From Promethearchaeota archaeon Loki_b32 (GTDB lineage: Archaea; Asgardarchaeota; Lokiarchaeia; Sigyniarchaeales; SOKP01), in NCBI GenBank assembly GCA_005223125.1, contig NJBH01000022.1, forward strand, positions 1-61,298: a DNA stretch of 61,298 nt, read 5' to 3'. Shown in pieces: positions 59,854 through 61,298 of the stretch. Within the stretch, counting starts at the first letter, position 1. Every line of letters starts with the position of its first letter. The position numbers and the translations under genes were made by a program. The notes beneath the pieces are model-generated. The model was not told where the DNA came from. It did not search any database and worked only from the letters and a program-made list of their open reading frames with translations.

Positions 59854-61298
59854 ATGACATATTTCTTTGAAGTTTTAGCCAGTAAGATCGGTTATTCAAG
59901 AATAGGGAGAATCATTTTTTCTAAAGAACGAAAATTATTTATTACTACTCCTAACTTAATCGTCCCTATAAAAAGCTCATTGATGAAACAATTTAATTTT
60001 ATTCAAGAATTTGAGAATCATGATCTATTCACAATTTCTAAAGAATTTTTTTTGAAAATTAGTTTTATACGAGATAAATTTAAAAATACTGGATTTATTT
60101 TCAACTATCCCGGGACAATTCAGAAATTCCAAGAAATATTGATAAAAAATAATAACATATTTTCTAAAGATAATATAATATCAATTGTTCCATTTAATGT
60201 TCCGACAACTAGTATTAGTAAAGATTTTGCTATAAAAGAGATAAAAAATTATCTTCTAAATGTAGAAACAATTTTAAAAAATTACCCACATCTAAATTTC
60301 GGTTTATCATTAAAAATTTTTGATTATACGGAATTATTTGATTTTTATACTCCAATAGTAAAACAATTTGAAAATATAAAAATCGTAAATTTAGTTGACC
60401 TCTTTGATAATTTAAGTAACTTTAGAAATATTCTTAAAATAATCTTCAAAATAAAAAATAATTTGGATAATAATGTAATTATTATGGTTTCTGGTAGAAT
60501 CATCCCGAAATATTATCCGTTATTAATCTACTTGGGAATAGATTTAATTGATTGTTCTTATTCCATGTTTTTATCCGCCGAAAACTTCTATGATACAATA
60601 GAATATCTATTACCAATATATAAGGTTAAATATTTCCCATGTTCCTGCGTAGCTTGTAAGGGTAAATTAAATTATCTATCAAATAATAAACATTCTGGTG
60701 AAAAAATTGATTTATTAAGTCTACATAATTTAATTACAGCATCAAATTATATGAAAAAGATCAAACAATATTTAAATTATGAAGATTATCGAGCTTTTGT
60801 AGAAAAATCATCCTTGGATGAAACAAATTTAATTTCGATTTTAAAGATATTAGATAAAGAATATTTTAATTATCTTAAATATGAAACACCGATAATACAA
60901 AAAAGTAAAAAAGTAAGATGTCTTGGTCCTTCTTCATATAATAGGCCAGATTTCCAGCATTTCAGGGAAAATACTATTAAAAATTTTGAACCTGAATCAT
61001 GGACAAGATTAATTATTTTACTACCATGTTCTTCTAAAAAACCTTATTCAAAATCAAAATCACATAAAGCATTTTATAGTGTTATAAGAAAATTTTCAGA
61101 GTTTCCAGATTTTCAAGAGTTTATTTTAACATCACCATTAGGAGTCATACCAAGACAATTAGAGAATATTTATCCGGCAAATTCTTATGATATATCCGTA
61201 ACGGGTGAATGGGACAATGAAGAAATAAATATTACCGCAGAAATGCTTATTAGAATGGTAGAAAAATACGAACCTGAGATTCCAATTCTATGTCATTT
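59854..61298 (+). CDS. arcS: Archaeosine synthase alpha subunit (ArcS/TgtA2), partial, runs off the right edge
   Basis: Manual translation: MTYFFEVL..SRIG; LGIDLID; CSCVAC..LHN; RPDF; LLPCSSKKPYSKSKSH; LTSPLGVIPRQLE.IYPANSYDISVTGEW. Confidence 0.85.
   Translation, partial: MTYFFEVLASKIGYSRIGRIIFSKERKLFITTPNLIVPIKSSLMKQFNFIQEFENHDLFTISKEFFLKISFIRDKFKNTGFIFNYPGTIQKFQEILIKNNNIFSKDNIISIVPFNVPTTSISKDFAIKEIKNYLLNVETILKNYPHLNFGLSLKIFDYTELFDFYTPIVKQFENIKIVNLVDLFDNLSNFRNILKIIFKIKNNLDNNVIIMVSGRIIPKYYPLLIYLGIDLIDCSYSMFLSAENFYDTIEYLLPIYKVKYFPCSCVACKGKLNYLSNNKHSGEKIDLLSLHNLITASNYMKKIKQYLNYEDYRAFVEKSSLDETNLISILKILDKEYFNYLKYETPIIQKSKKVRCLGPSSYNRPDFQHFRENTIKNFEPESWTRLIILLPCSSKKPYSKSKSHKAFYSVIRKFSEFPDFQEFILTSPLGVIPRQLENIYPANSYDISVTGEWDNEEINITAEMLIRMVEKYEPEIPILCH

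Overview
AT-rich archaeal chromosome segment, most consistent with an Asgard archaeon of the Lokiarchaeia type. This is inferred from the archaeal ribosomal-protein operon, ArcS, archaeal DnaG, intron-containing tRNAs, and longin, roadblock, small-GTPase and PCI-like proteins. From left to right it contains: (1) an accessory block of three or possibly four co-oriented HEPN-motif genes; (2) a kite-like winged-helix protein and an atypical small GTPase with a partner gene; (3) housekeeping and lipid genes (RimK-like, Maf, two SEC59/VTE5-like kinases, a ubiquitin-like protein, ThyA, TatD, two SCP2 proteins); (4) two HAMP-less chemoreceptors, a pseudogenised PAS histidine kinase and an RHH-HisKA-REC regulator; (5) a Thermotoga-type inositol catabolism cluster (iolN, iolO, iolM, an MFS transporter, iolG); (6) four tRNAs, three with non-canonical introns and nearby partial copies of themselves; (7) the rps19e to ftsY-secE operon, dnaG and a Get3/ArsA ATPase; (8) a PIN toxin-antitoxin pair lying between two copies of the ahcY 3' end; (9) a regulator divergent from ahcY in which a single TATA-binding-protein repeat sits between two Lrp/AsnC units, which is the most striking object in the window; and (10) a partial arcS. 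All family assignments come from motifs recognised by eye; no searches were run.
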